This document shows, piece after piece, positions 49,565-58,974 of a DNA stretch of 64,000 nt. The notes beneath the pieces are model-generated. The model was given only the letters and a program-made list of their open reading frames with translations. It ran no database searches and was not told the DNA's origin. Numbering within the stretch: the first letter of the stretch is position 1; the number at the start of each line of letters is the position of its first letter. The position numbers and the translations under genes are program-made. Source of the stretch: an uncultured bacterium (lineage in GTDB: Bacteria > Krumholzibacteriota > Krumholzibacteriia > LZORAL124-64-63); contig CAVSZB010000007.1 of the NCBI GenBank assembly GCA_963732385.1, positions 1 to 64,000 of the forward strand, in the 5' to 3' direction.

Positions 49565-51867
49565 CCCCGATCCGTCATTGTGCCGCTACGGCCGGTCTGC
49601 TCGTGTGCGTGGCCTGTCTCGCCCTCGTGGCCGTTCTGCCCGGCCCGGTCGCGGGCGCCGGCCCGGTCTTCTGGGATTATCCGGTGACCGTGCCGTTCGA
49701 GCGCTGCGAACTGGCGGGGGCCGGCCTGGATGCCTACGGGCGGCTGGCGCCCGGCCTGCGTGCCGAGGCGATCCCGCTGGAGGGACCGGAAGTGGTCTGG
49801 TGCCTGGTCCCCGACGGCGAGGGGGGGGCCTGGGGCGGTTCCGGTCATGACGGGGAACTGTGGCGTTTCCCGCGCGACGGGGCGCCGCGGCGTCTCGCGC
49901 GCCTGCCGGAGCCCGAGCTGTTCGCTCTGGCGCGGGTGGGCGGGGCGCTGTTCGCGGGCGGTGGTCCTGACGGTCTAATCTTCCGGGTGACGTCCGACGG
50001 GACGGTGGAGGCTTGGGCCGATCTTCCGGAGCAGTTCGTCTGGGCCCTGGCGGTGACGCCCGACGGGCATCTCTACGCGGCGGTCGGCTCCCCCGCGGCC
50101 GTTTACCGGATCGACGGCCGGTTCGACGTGACGAAGCTGACGGAGCTTCCCGCCGCCAACGCGATGGACCTCGCCTTCACGGCCGAGGGGCGGTTGCTGG
50201 TGGCGACGCAGGGCCCGGGGCTGATCTGGGAGATCGATCCGGCCCGTCCGGCCGGGGCGCGCGTGCTCCAGGAGACCCCGCAGGACGAGGTGCGTCAACT
50301 GGTCGCCGGCCCTGACGGGGCCTGGTATGCGCTGGCGATGACCCGGGGCGGTGGTGGCGCCGAAGGCGAGGCCGCCTTCACTCCCACACCGGGCGGACTG
50401 TTGCCGGCGGAGCCCGATACCGGCGGGGCGAATGTCGAGACCGCGGTCCGGGGCCGCACGCCCCGCGTCGGGCGCGTCAGCCGTGCCCGCGGTCGCTCGG
50501 CCACCGACTTCGGCGGGGCGCCGTCGCCCGGGCCGGACCGCACGGCGATCTACCGGATCGGCCGGGACGGCGTTGTCGCGAGCGTCTGGGGGGGCAACGT
50601 CCCGATCGTGGCGATCGCCCACACCGGGCGCTGGGGCTGGGTCGGGGCCGGCGTGCGCGATCAGGCGCGCGCACAGTTCGCCCTCTTCGCGCTCGGCGTC
50701 CCTGGCAGCGCGCGTCCGCTGGCGACGTGGGAGGGGGGCGATCCGATCGACCTGCTCGCTGTCTCTGCCGGCGACGGCGCGCCGCGGCTCTGGGTGGCGC
50801 AGGCCCGCCCCGGGCGGATCATCCGGTTGAGCGATCAGCCGGCCGAGGCGGCCGCCGCCGTGGCGCCGCCGATCGATGGCAGGGTTTCGATCCGCTGGGG
50901 CCGGCTGCGCTGGGAGGGAGAGTCCCGGGACGGGGCGCGGGTGCGTTTGGCGGTGCGCGGCGGACCGCGCGCCGTGCCGGACGCGACCTGGAGTGAATGG
51001 AGCGAGGCGTGGAGCGACAACGATCACGCCATTGCGCTGCCTCCCTCCCGCTTCCTCCAATGGCGGGCGGAGTTCACCGGGGGTGACGCCAGCGCGAATC
51101 TCGAGGCCGTCACGGTGAGCGGTTACGAACCGAATGTGGCGCCGCGCATCCTGCGGTTCGACCTGCAGTTGCCCGGGGAGTTGACGGTGGGCGGACCGCT
51201 CGAGGATGGCGGCGGCGTGACCGAGTCGTTCCCGTCCGGGCTGCGCGTCGAGTACAACATCGAAAGTCGTCGTGACCGGCGCGCCGAGCCGCTCGCGGCG
51301 GCGCGCGTGCGGCCTTTGCGGCTGTTCACCTGGCAGGCCTGGGACGCCAATGACGATCGTCTCGTGTACACCCTGGCCTACCAGCGCGTGGGAGAGGAGG
51401 CCTGGCAGCCTCTCGGCACGGAGACTTTCGAGACGTTGAAGACGTGGGATTCGGCGGGAGTGCCCGACGGTCTCTACGTCGTACGCCTGACCGCAGGCGA
51501 TCGGCCCGACAATCCGCCGCGCGAGGCGCTTACAGTGGAGCAGCTCAGCGCGCCGCTGCTGGTCGACAACACGCCGCCGACGGTTTCCGGCTTCCAGGTC
51601 GCGCGCACGGCGGGGGGCCTGAAGGTGTCGGCGCGGGTGGTCGATGCCGCGAGTCCGCTTGCGGAGGCGTGGCTAGAACTGCCTGACGGCCGGACGATTC
51701 GGTTCGATCCCGCGGATGGGATTTGTGACAGCCGGGCCGAGGACTTCGCCGCCGAGTTCGTTTTTCCCGAGCCGGGGGGAGTGGCGACCGCCGGTCCCTG
51801 GCGGGTACGGGCCGGTTTCGTGGACCGATCCGGCAACGTCGGTCGCGCCGAGGGCGAGACCCGGTGA
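49561..51867 (+). CDS. Secreted beta-propeller plus Ig/FN3-like protein
   Basis: Repeats VW.L..DG.G, WG.LRW, WSEWS, RFLQWR, DANDD.L.Y, PDGLY.VRL, VDNTPP. Confidence 0.75.
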   Translation: MTPIRHCAATAGLLVCVACLALVAVLPGPVAGAGPVFWDYPVTVPFERCELAGAGLDAYGRLAPGLRAEAIPLEGPEVVWCLVPDGEGGAWGGSGHDGELWRFPRDGAPRRLARLPEPELFALARVGGALFAGGGPDGLIFRVTSDGTVEAWADLPEQFVWALAVTPDGHLYAAVGSPAAVYRIDGRFDVTKLTELPAANAMDLAFTAEGRLLVATQGPGLIWEIDPARPAGARVLQETPQDEVRQLVAGPDGAWYALAMTRGGGGAEGEAAFTPTPGGLLPAEPDTGGANVETAVRGRTPRVGRVSRARGRSATDFGGAPSPGPDRTAIYRIGRDGVVASVWGGNVPIVAIAHTGRWGWVGAGVRDQARAQFALFALGVPGSARPLATWEGGDPIDLLAVSAGDGAPRLWVAQARPGRIIRLSDQPAEAAAAVAPPIDGRVSIRWGRLRWEGESRDGARVRLAVRGGPRAVPDATWSEWSEAWSDNDHAIALPPSRFLQWRAEFTGGDASANLEAVTVSGYEPNVAPRILRFDLQLPGELTVGGPLEDGGGVTESFPSGLRVEYNIESRRDRRAEPLAAARVRPLRLFTWQAWDANDDRLVYTLAYQRVGEEAWQPLGTETFETLKTWDSAGVPDGLYVVRLTAGDRPDNPPREALTVEQLSAPLLVDNTPPTVSGFQVARTAGGLKVSARVVDAASPLAEAWLELPDGRTIRFDPADGICDSRAEDFAAEFVFPEPGGVATAGPWRVRAGFVDRSGNVGRAEGETR

Positions 51868-52364
51868 CCGGAGGCGGCGCTCCGCTGGCTGACTTCGCCC
51901 CGCATGAGCGGTGGCTGGGCGAGGCGCTGCGCGAGGCGGCGGCCGCCGCCGCTGAGGGGGAGGTGCCGGTCGGCGCCGTGGTCGTGCGCGACGGGTCGAT
52001 CCTCGGCCGTGGCCGCAACCAGGTCGAGACCCTGCGCGATCCGACCGCGCACGCCGAAATCCTCGCGCTCGGAGCGGCCGCCGGAACGCTCGGCGACTGG
52101 CGCCTGGACGGTTGCACCCTTTACGTCACGCTCGAACCGTGCACGATGTGCTGCGGCGCGCTGCTGCTGGCCCGGATCGGCCGGCTGGTGTACGGGGCCA
52201 GCGATCCGCGGGCCGGAGCGGTCTTTTCGACGGCGCGGCTGTTGGTGGGTAATCCGTACCACCTCAATGTGGAGGTGCTCGGCGGGGTGGCGGCAGCGGA
52301 GGCCGCCGAGCAGTTGCGGGACTTCTTCCGTCGTCGGCGGGAGCCGCCTGACGGGCGGTGTTGA
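51864..52364 (+). CDS. tadA: tRNA adenosine(34) deaminase
   Basis: GEVPVGAV, DPTAHAE, LYVTLEPCTMCCGA, FF. Confidence 0.95.
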   Translation: MTGGGAPLADFAPHERWLGEALREAAAAAAEGEVPVGAVVVRDGSILGRGRNQVETLRDPTAHAEILALGAAAGTLGDWRLDGCTLYVTLEPCTMCCGALLLARIGRLVYGASDPRAGAVFSTARLLVGNPYHLNVEVLGGVAAAEAAEQLRDFFRRRREPPDGRC

Positions 52365-52414
52365 TTTTCAGGGGGTGCTTTGCTATATTGCCGCCCCGAA
52401 CAGGCCGATCAGGT

Positions 52415-52502
<88 letters not shown>

Positions 52503-52519
52503 CCTCTTGGAAAAACCGT

Positions 52520-52609
52520 GGAGAGGTGCCGGAGCGGTTGAACGGGGCGGTCTCGAAAACCGTTGAGCACGCAAGTGCTCCCAGGGTTCGAATCCCTGCC
52601 TCTCCGCCA
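52520..52609 (+). tRNA. tRNA-Ser (CGA)
   Basis: GCGGT-CTCGAAA-ACCGT arm, long variable arm, CCA. Confidence 0.94.
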
Positions 52610-52673
52610 GTTTTTCCGGCCCGGCCGGCGGGCCGCCGCAAGGCGCAAGACCGGCGCGACTCGATGTCAGGGT

Positions 52674-52750
52674 GGGGATGTAGCTCAGCTTGGGAGAGCG
52701 CCTCGTTCGCAACGAGGAGGTCGTCGGTTCGAGCCCGATCATCTCCACCA
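52674..52750 (+). tRNA. tRNA-Ala (CGC)
   Basis: GGGGATG acceptor with G3:U70, CCTCG-TTCGCAA-CGAGG arm, ACCA. Confidence 0.94.
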
Positions 52751-52786
52751 CCCCGAATCTCGGAGGGAATACCCCCCGCGCGGTGA

Positions 52787-52886
52787 TGGGCCAGGCCCGG
52801 CGCGACGCCGGAGCGCCAACTCCGTCAGGACTGGAAAGTAGCAGCGGTACGCCAACTCTGACGTGTGCGTCGATCAGCCTGGCCCG
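52787..52886 (+). ncRNA. ffs: SRP RNA (4.5S)
   Basis: Helix-8 motif TCAGG-ACT-GGAA-AGT-AGCAGC; terminal stem GGGCCAGGC/GCCTGGCCC; upstream of dnaX. Confidence 0.85.
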
Positions 52887-52963
52887 CCCTTTATCCCGCG
52901 GTCCCGTGACCGCGAGGCGTCTCCAAGGCCCCGCAGCCGGGCGGACGACCAGGCGGTAAGGCG

Positions 52964-54718
52964 ATGTCCTACAACGCGCTGGCCCGCAAGTACCGCCCCT
53001 CCACTTTTGCCGACGTGGTGGGCCAGGGGCATGTGGTGGGGACGCTGCGCGCGGCTCTGCGCAAAGACAAGCTCTCGCACGCCTATCTCTTCTCGGGCCC
53101 GCGCGGCTGCGGCAAGACCACACTTGCCCGTCTGCTGGCCAAGGCGCTCAACTGCACCTCCGGCGCCAAGGACGATCCGTGCGGTGTCTGCGAGACCTGT
53201 CAGGCCATCGCGGCCGGCAGCTACCTCGATGTCCTCGAAATCGATGCGGCCTCGAACACCGGCGTGGACAATATCCGCGACCTGCGCGACATGGCGCAGT
53301 ACACGCCGGTGCGCGGCGGCTACCGTGTGTTCATTATCGACGAAGTGCACATGCTGTCGAAGGGTGCGTTCAACGCCCTCCTCAAGATCCTCGAGGAGCC
53401 GCCGGCGCGGGTGTTCTTCTTCTTCGCCACAACGGAACCGAACAAGATTCCGCGCACGATCCTGTCCCGCTGCCAGCGCTTCGATTTCCGACTGTTGACT
53501 CGAGTCGAGTTGTCGGCCCGAATCGAAAGCGTCGCCGCCGCCGAGGGGGCGCGGATCGAACCGGCGGCGCTGGCCCAGATCGTCTCCCTCGCGGAAGGGA
53601 GCATGCGCGACGCCCTGAGCGTGCTCGATCAACTCGTGGCGGCGTGCGATGGCGCCATCGACGAGAAGCTGGTGATCGATCTCTTCGGACTGGTGCAGGC
53701 CTCCGCCTACACCGAGCTGAACGAAGCGATTCTGGCGCACGATCCGGCGCGGGCGCTCCGGCTGGCCGACCACCTGCTCCGCGAAGGGCAGAGCCTCGAC
53801 GCCTTCGCGCACGGGATCGCCGCCAACTTCCGCAACCTGCTGTTGCTCAGGGTCGATCCGGGGCTGGGTGACGGGCTCGACCTGGCGCCCGAGCAGCGGG
53901 CCACACTGACGCGGCAGGCGGAGTTGTTCAGTGCGCCCGACCTGCTGGCGCTGCTCGATCGCGCGGGCATGCATTACGAACGGATCCATCGCAGCACGCA
54001 GCCGCGTGTCCTGCTTGAGGCGGCGCTGGTGGAGTACGCGCTATTCGAGTCACGGGTGCTGCTGGCCGACCTTGCGCGTCGGCTGGAAGCGCTGGTCGGC
54101 GGGAAGGTTCCGCCCGGCCTGACCGGCATGCCCGCTGGCGGTTCGCGGAGCGGACGCGCCCCGACCCGCCCGGCCGGCGGTTCCGGCGGGCGGCACGCCG
54201 CCGCTCCGGAAGGGACCGCCGCGGACGCTGCGCCGACGCCCCGTACCGGCGCTGCGGAGACGGTGACCGGGTGGTCGGCCTTCGTCGAAACGCTGCTGCG
54301 GACCGAGCCGCGGCTGGGCGCCTGCCTCATGGAGGCGTTGCCGTCGCTCGATGAAGCGCGGGGCCGGCTGGTGCTGGCCTTTCCCGCCGAGAAGGAGTTC
54401 CAGATCGAGCAGGTGCGCCAGGAGTTGCCGGTGCTGCGCGAGCGCGTGGCCGCCTTCTTCGGTCGACCGCTCATTCCCGAACTGCTCGCCGGCGATTCCC
54501 GTCCCGACGGCGGGCTGCGGGAAGCGGTGCGGCGGCGGGTGGCGCCGACCGAGCGCGAGGCGCTCGAGGCGGCCTGCCGCACTGACACCTCCCTGGCCGG
54601 ACTCGTCAACCTGCTTGACGCTGATCCGATTGCCGAAGCCGAACGCGCGGCCTGGACGCGTCGGCCCGCCGCTGCCGAACCGCTCGCCGGCCCGGACGAC
54701 GGCGTCACGGAAGCCTGA
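52964..54718 (+). CDS. dnaX: DNA polymerase III gamma/tau
   Basis: LARKYRP, GPRGCGKTT, EIDAASN, IIDEVHML, TILSRCQ. Confidence 0.97.
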   Translation: MSYNALARKYRPSTFADVVGQGHVVGTLRAALRKDKLSHAYLFSGPRGCGKTTLARLLAKALNCTSGAKDDPCGVCETCQAIAAGSYLDVLEIDAASNTGVDNIRDLRDMAQYTPVRGGYRVFIIDEVHMLSKGAFNALLKILEEPPARVFFFFATTEPNKIPRTILSRCQRFDFRLLTRVELSARIESVAAAEGARIEPAALAQIVSLAEGSMRDALSVLDQLVAACDGAIDEKLVIDLFGLVQASAYTELNEAILAHDPARALRLADHLLREGQSLDAFAHGIAANFRNLLLLRVDPGLGDGLDLAPEQRATLTRQAELFSAPDLLALLDRAGMHYERIHRSTQPRVLLEAALVEYALFESRVLLADLARRLEALVGGKVPPGLTGMPAGGSRSGRAPTRPAGGSGGRHAAAPEGTAADAAPTPRTGAAETVTGWSAFVETLLRTEPRLGACLMEALPSLDEARGRLVLAFPAEKEFQIEQVRQELPVLRERVAAFFGRPLIPELLAGDSRPDGGLREAVRRRVAPTEREALEAACRTDTSLAGLVNLLDADPIAEAERAAWTRRPAAAEPLAGPDDGVTEA

Positions 54719-54751
54719 GTCCCCCGAGTCTTTCCAGCCCCGGAGATTGCC

Positions 54752-55078
54752 ATGGACATGCGTCAGATCATGAAGCAGGCGCAGCAGATGCAACAGCGAA
54801 TGGCCACGTTGCAGGCAGAGCTCGCCGGCCGCGAGGTTACCGCCACGGTGGCTGGCGGGCAGGTCACCGTCGTCATGAATGGCCGTCACGAAGTGACGCG
54901 GATCGCCATCGAAGCGTCGGCTGTCGATCCCCAGGACGTCGAGTTCCTGCAGGATCTGATCGCGTCGGCGGTCAACGAGGCGGTCCGGCAGGTCGATGCG
55001 ATGTCCGAGAAGGAGATGGGCGCTCTCACCGGCGGCCTGGAAATTCCCGGCTTTCCGCCTTCCGGACCGGGGAGGTAG
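54752..55078 (+). CDS. ybaB: YbaB/EbfC nucleoid-associated protein
   Basis: MKQAQQMQ, GGQVTV..NG, DVEFLQDLI.SAVNEA. Confidence 0.95.
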   Translation: MDMRQIMKQAQQMQQRMATLQAELAGREVTATVAGGQVTVVMNGRHEVTRIAIEASAVDPQDVEFLQDLIASAVNEAVRQVDAMSEKEMGALTGGLEIPGFPPSGPGR

Positions 55079-55081
55079 GAG

Positions 55082-55729
55082 GTGCACGGAGGCGCGGGGG
55101 GGCCGGCCGGACAGGGACCGCCGTCGGGCGGCGAGTTCCAGTCGCCGGCGTTGGAGCGTCTGGTGCGCCTGCTGAGCCGGTTGCCGGGGCTGGGTCGCAA
55201 GTCGGCCACCCGCATCGCGCTGCATCTGATCTGCGGCGCCCCGGCGGTGGCGGAGGAACTGTCCGTCGCCATCGCCGACGCGCTGCGCCAGGTGTGCCGC
55301 TGTGGGCGCTGCGGTTCCCTCACCGAAGACGATCCGTGCCCCATCTGCCGCTCTGAGCATCGCGATCCGGCGGTGCTGTGCGTGATTTCGACTCCGGTCG
55401 ACATTTTGTCGTTCGAGAAGGCGGGCTTCTATCGCGGTCGCTATTTTGTCCTGGGCGGGCTGCTCTCCCCGCTCGACGGTGTCCGGGCGGAGGATCTGCC
55501 GTTCGAGCGTCTGATGGCCCTCGTGGTCGAGGACGGGGTCCGGGAGGCGATCCTGGCCTTCGATGCGAGCGTGGAGGGTGAGGCGACCGCGCTCTACATC
55601 CAGCGGCTGCTCGAGGGACGGGAAATCCGGCTGACCCGCCTGGCGACCGGGATTCCGGTCGGCGGGGCCCTTGCCTTCACTGACGAGATCACCCTGCAGC
55701 GCGCCTTCCAGTTCCGGCGCGCCTTCTGA
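55082..55729 (+). CDS. recR: Recombination protein RecR
   Basis: LPGLGRKSA.R, C4 zinc finger, GLLSPLDG, VEGEATA, LATGIPVG. Confidence 0.95.
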   Translation: MHGGAGGPAGQGPPSGGEFQSPALERLVRLLSRLPGLGRKSATRIALHLICGAPAVAEELSVAIADALRQVCRCGRCGSLTEDDPCPICRSEHRDPAVLCVISTPVDILSFEKAGFYRGRYFVLGGLLSPLDGVRAEDLPFERLMALVVEDGVREAILAFDASVEGEATALYIQRLLEGREIRLTRLATGIPVGGALAFTDEITLQRAFQFRRAF

Positions 55730-55856
55730 CCCTCCCGTTCGCCGCCGGACCGCGCCCCGAATCGGCGCTCAAGCGGGGCCTGCCGCCGTCGATACCTCTT
55801 CTGGCGGGGTGGGCGCGCCGCGGAAACGCCGCGGACGGCCGCCAGGGAGGCATGTC

Positions 55857-56354
55857 ATGGTCAGAGCGGAGTGGGCGATCTTCGAGGAGGACTACTGGGC
55901 GATGAACAACGCCCTGAAAGACCTCCTGCGCAGTTCCAACTCCACGAGCGCCCTCCTCATCGACCGCACCGGCCAGTTGATCGCGCACTCCGGGGACGAA
56001 CTGCAGTTCGATGTTGTCAGCTTCGCGTCCCTGTGCGCCGCCGATTTCGAGGCGAACTACCAGCTTGCCAAGCTGATCGGCGAGAAGGATTTCAGCACGC
56101 TCTATCACCAGGGATCCAACGAGAGCATGTACCTGAGCAAGATTGCCCGGGACGTGGTGCTCGTGGTGCTGTTCGACAAGCGCACCACGCTCGGCCTGGT
56201 GCGGCTGCGGGTGAAGCGCACGGTGGACGAGTTGTGCACGATCATCAACCAGCTGTTCGAGAAGTTGCAGTACCGGAACGAGGAGTACGACACCTTCGAC
56301 GAGACCTTCGCGCAGGATGTCGAGAGCGAGATCGACAGCCTGTTTGTGGACTGA
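55857..56354 (+). CDS. mglB: Roadblock/LC7 protein MglB
   Basis: LIDRTGQLI, LAKLIGEKDF..L.HQG, FDKRTTLGLVRLRVK. Confidence 0.92.
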   Translation: MVRAEWAIFEEDYWAMNNALKDLLRSSNSTSALLIDRTGQLIAHSGDELQFDVVSFASLCAADFEANYQLAKLIGEKDFSTLYHQGSNESMYLSKIARDVVLVVLFDKRTTLGLVRLRVKRTVDELCTIINQLFEKLQYRNEEYDTFDETFAQDVESEIDSLFVD

Positions 56355-56390
56355 CGGCCCCCGGCGGGGCTGCGGCGGGGAGAGCGCGAC

Positions 56391-57008
56391 GTGTCCCTGA
56401 TCAACTACGCGTCCCGGGAAATCAATTGCAAGATCGTCTACTACGGGCCGGGGCTCGGCGGTAAGACGACCAATATCCAGTATGTGTACGACAAGGTGGC
56501 GCCCGAAACGAAGGGCAAGCTGGTCACGCTCGCCACCGAGATGGACCGTACGCTCTTCTTCGACTTCCTGCCGCTCGAACTGGGGACTGTCAAGGGGTTC
56601 AAGACCCGCTTCCACCTCTACACCGTGCCGGGCCAGGTATATTACAACGCCAGCCGCAAGCTGATCCTGCGCGGGGTGGACGGTATCGTGTTCGTGGCCG
56701 ATTCCCAGGAGACCCGCTTCGACGCGAACATCGAGGCGCTCTACAACCTGCACGAGAACCTGACTGAGCACCGGCTCGACCTGGCCAAAATTCCGTTCAT
56801 CATGCAGTACAACAAGCGCGACCTGCCCGACGCAGTGCCGTTGGCCGAACTGGAGGAGGAGCTCAACCCGGAGCACTTCCCCTTCTTCGAAGCGGTCGCC
56901 TTCCAGGGGGTCGGTGTCTTCGACACCCTGAAGTCCGTGGCCAAGCAGGTTCTGCGCAATCTGCAGTCGACCGGCGCCGGTGCTCCGACGGCCGGCGCGC
57001 CGCTCTGA
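56391..57008 (+). CDS. mglA: Small Ras-like GTPase MglA
   Basis: [46 protein letters not shown]. Confidence 0.96.
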   Translation: MSLINYASREINCKIVYYGPGLGGKTTNIQYVYDKVAPETKGKLVTLATEMDRTLFFDFLPLELGTVKGFKTRFHLYTVPGQVYYNASRKLILRGVDGIVFVADSQETRFDANIEALYNLHENLTEHRLDLAKIPFIMQYNKRDLPDAVPLAELEEELNPEHFPFFEAVAFQGVGVFDTLKSVAKQVLRNLQSTGAGAPTAGAPL

Positions 57009-57114
57009 GTCTGAGTTTCGCGCCCCACGCCTGTGCCCGGCGGTCGTGCGCCGCGTTGACCCCGTCCCGCTCCTGACCTATCCTGCCCCCGCCGTTTCGA
57101 CGAAAGGAACCCGC

Positions 57115-57606
57115 GTGGGACGTTTTCTGCTTTACCTCTTTGGCACCTTCGGCGGCACCGGCTATGCGCCGATCGCTCCGGCGACAGTCGCCAGCCTCGC
57201 CGTGGCGCTGCTCTGGTGGCTGGCCGGACCGTTGACTCTGCCGGTGCAACTGCTTCTGCTGCTCGTGGTTGTCGTACTAGGCGTGCCGGTCGCGACATGG
57301 CTCGAGACGCGCCATGGGCACGACCCGAAGCTTGTCGTCTGCGACGAGGTGGCCGGCATGCTGGTCACCTATCTCGGCGTGTCGCTGTTCTCCGGTCCGG
57401 TCACGCTGTTGGGCGTCACGACAACGGGACTGCCGGCGTGTCTCGCCGGCTTCCTCTGGTTCCGCGTCTTCGACATCCTCAAGCCGTTCCCGGCGCGCCG
57501 ATTCGAGTCGTTTCCGCGTGGCTGGGGCATCATGGCGGATGATCTGATGGCCGGCATCTACGCGCAGATCGCGCTGCGGCTGACGTTGCTCGGGTTGGGG
57601 TGGTGA
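57115..57606 (+). CDS. pgpA: Phosphatidylglycerophosphatase A
   Basis: G.GY.P.APAT.AS, DPK.VV.DEVAG, FRVFDILKP, GIMADD. Confidence 0.92.
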   Translation: MGRFLLYLFGTFGGTGYAPIAPATVASLAVALLWWLAGPLTLPVQLLLLLVVVVLGVPVATWLETRHGHDPKLVVCDEVAGMLVTYLGVSLFSGPVTLLGVTTTGLPACLAGFLWFRVFDILKPFPARRFESFPRGWGIMADDLMAGIYAQIALRLTLLGLGW

Positions 57607-57610
57607 GCGT

Positions 57611-58921
57611 GTGAGCGGGACGGCTCCCGGCACCCTGCGCGAGGCTTATCTGGTCGCCGTGGGGGACGAGCTGCTGCTTGGGCGCACCGCCGACACGAAC
57701 TCCCAGGAGATTGCCCGCGCCCTGACGGCGCGGGGGCTGAGCGTGCGCGGCACGCTGGTCGTGCCGGACGATGCGACGGCGATCGCGCGCGCACTCGACG
57801 CAACGCCGCCCGGGGCGCTCGTCAGCGTGACCGGCGGGCTCGGCCCGACCCCCGACGATCTCACACGCGAGGCGCTGGCCGCCTGGGGCGGCGCGGCGCT
57901 GGTGGAGGAACCTGCGCTCGCGGCGCGCCTGCGCGAGCGGTGCGCGTCGCACGGCCTGCCGTATCACGAGGGGACGGCGCGTCAGGCGCGCGTGCCGGCC
58001 GGGCTCGGCTGGCTCCCCAACCCGGTCGGTTCCGCGCCCGGCCTGCTGGGGGAACTCCGCGGTCGCACGTTGCTGGTGATCCCCGGCGTGCCGACCGAGA
58101 TGCGCGCCCTGCTCACCGACGCGCTCGCGCATTGGGAGGCGGCCGGACGTCTTCCCGCGCCGCGCCCCGCCGTGTTGTTGCGCACCGCGCAGGTGGGGGA
58201 GGGGACGCTCGCGCGACTCTGCCGCCCGCTGATGGCGGCCCACCCCGGCCTGGTCTGGTCGTGGTGGCTGGTGCGCTGGGGGGTGGACGTGCGGGTGTCT
58301 CTGCCGCCTGGCTGCGACGACACTCGCGCGCTGGCCGCCGCCGGTGACGCGTTGCGTCGGCTCCTGGGCGAGACCCTCTACGACGAAGGGACCCGCGACC
58401 TGCCCGATGTCGTGCGCGAGGCGCTGGCGTCGCGTGGCGCCACGCTGGCCGTCGCCGAGTCGTGCACCGGCGGCGGCCTGGGCGCCGCGCTCACCTCCGT
58501 GGCGGGAGCGTCGGCCGTCTTCCGCGGTGGCGTGATCGCCTACGCCGACGCGGTCAAGACCGCGGAGCTCGGCGTGTCGACCGCCACGCTCGCCGCGCAT
58601 GGCGCCGTCAGCGCCGAAACCGCTCTCGCGATGGCGGCCGGCTGTCGCGCCCGCTTCGCCACCGACTACGCCCTCGCCGTCACCGGTATTGCCGGTCCCG
58701 ACGGCGGCACGCCCGACAAACCGGTCGGCACCGTCTGGATCGCCCTCGACGCCCGCGGCCGGCGCCACGCCCGCCACTACCGGTTCCCCGCCGACCGCCG
58801 CCGCAACCGCCAGCTCGCCGTGAGCGCGGCGCTCGATGCGCTGCGGCGGATCCTCGCTGCCGGGGACGATGCGCGTGAGCCGTGGCACGCGCTCGACAGC
58901 TGGGGCGTCAAGGACCGCTGA
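57611..58921 (+). CDS. cinA: CinA / NMN deamidase (PncC) fusion protein
   Basis: VGDELL.G...DTNS, TGGLGPTPDD.T, AESCTGG, TGIAGPDGG..KPVG. Confidence 0.92.
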   Translation: MSGTAPGTLREAYLVAVGDELLLGRTADTNSQEIARALTARGLSVRGTLVVPDDATAIARALDATPPGALVSVTGGLGPTPDDLTREALAAWGGAALVEEPALAARLRERCASHGLPYHEGTARQARVPAGLGWLPNPVGSAPGLLGELRGRTLLVIPGVPTEMRALLTDALAHWEAAGRLPAPRPAVLLRTAQVGEGTLARLCRPLMAAHPGLVWSWWLVRWGVDVRVSLPPGCDDTRALAAAGDALRRLLGETLYDEGTRDLPDVVREALASRGATLAVAESCTGGGLGAALTSVAGASAVFRGGVIAYADAVKTAELGVSTATLAAHGAVSAETALAMAAGCRARFATDYALAVTGIAGPDGGTPDKPVGTVWIALDARGRRHARHYRFPADRRRNRQLAVSAALDALRRILAAGDDAREPWHALDSWGVKDR

Positions 58922-58974
58922 CGGATCGCGATCTTACCGTGAGGGTTGGCGGCCGGCGTGGCGGCGGGCTCCGG

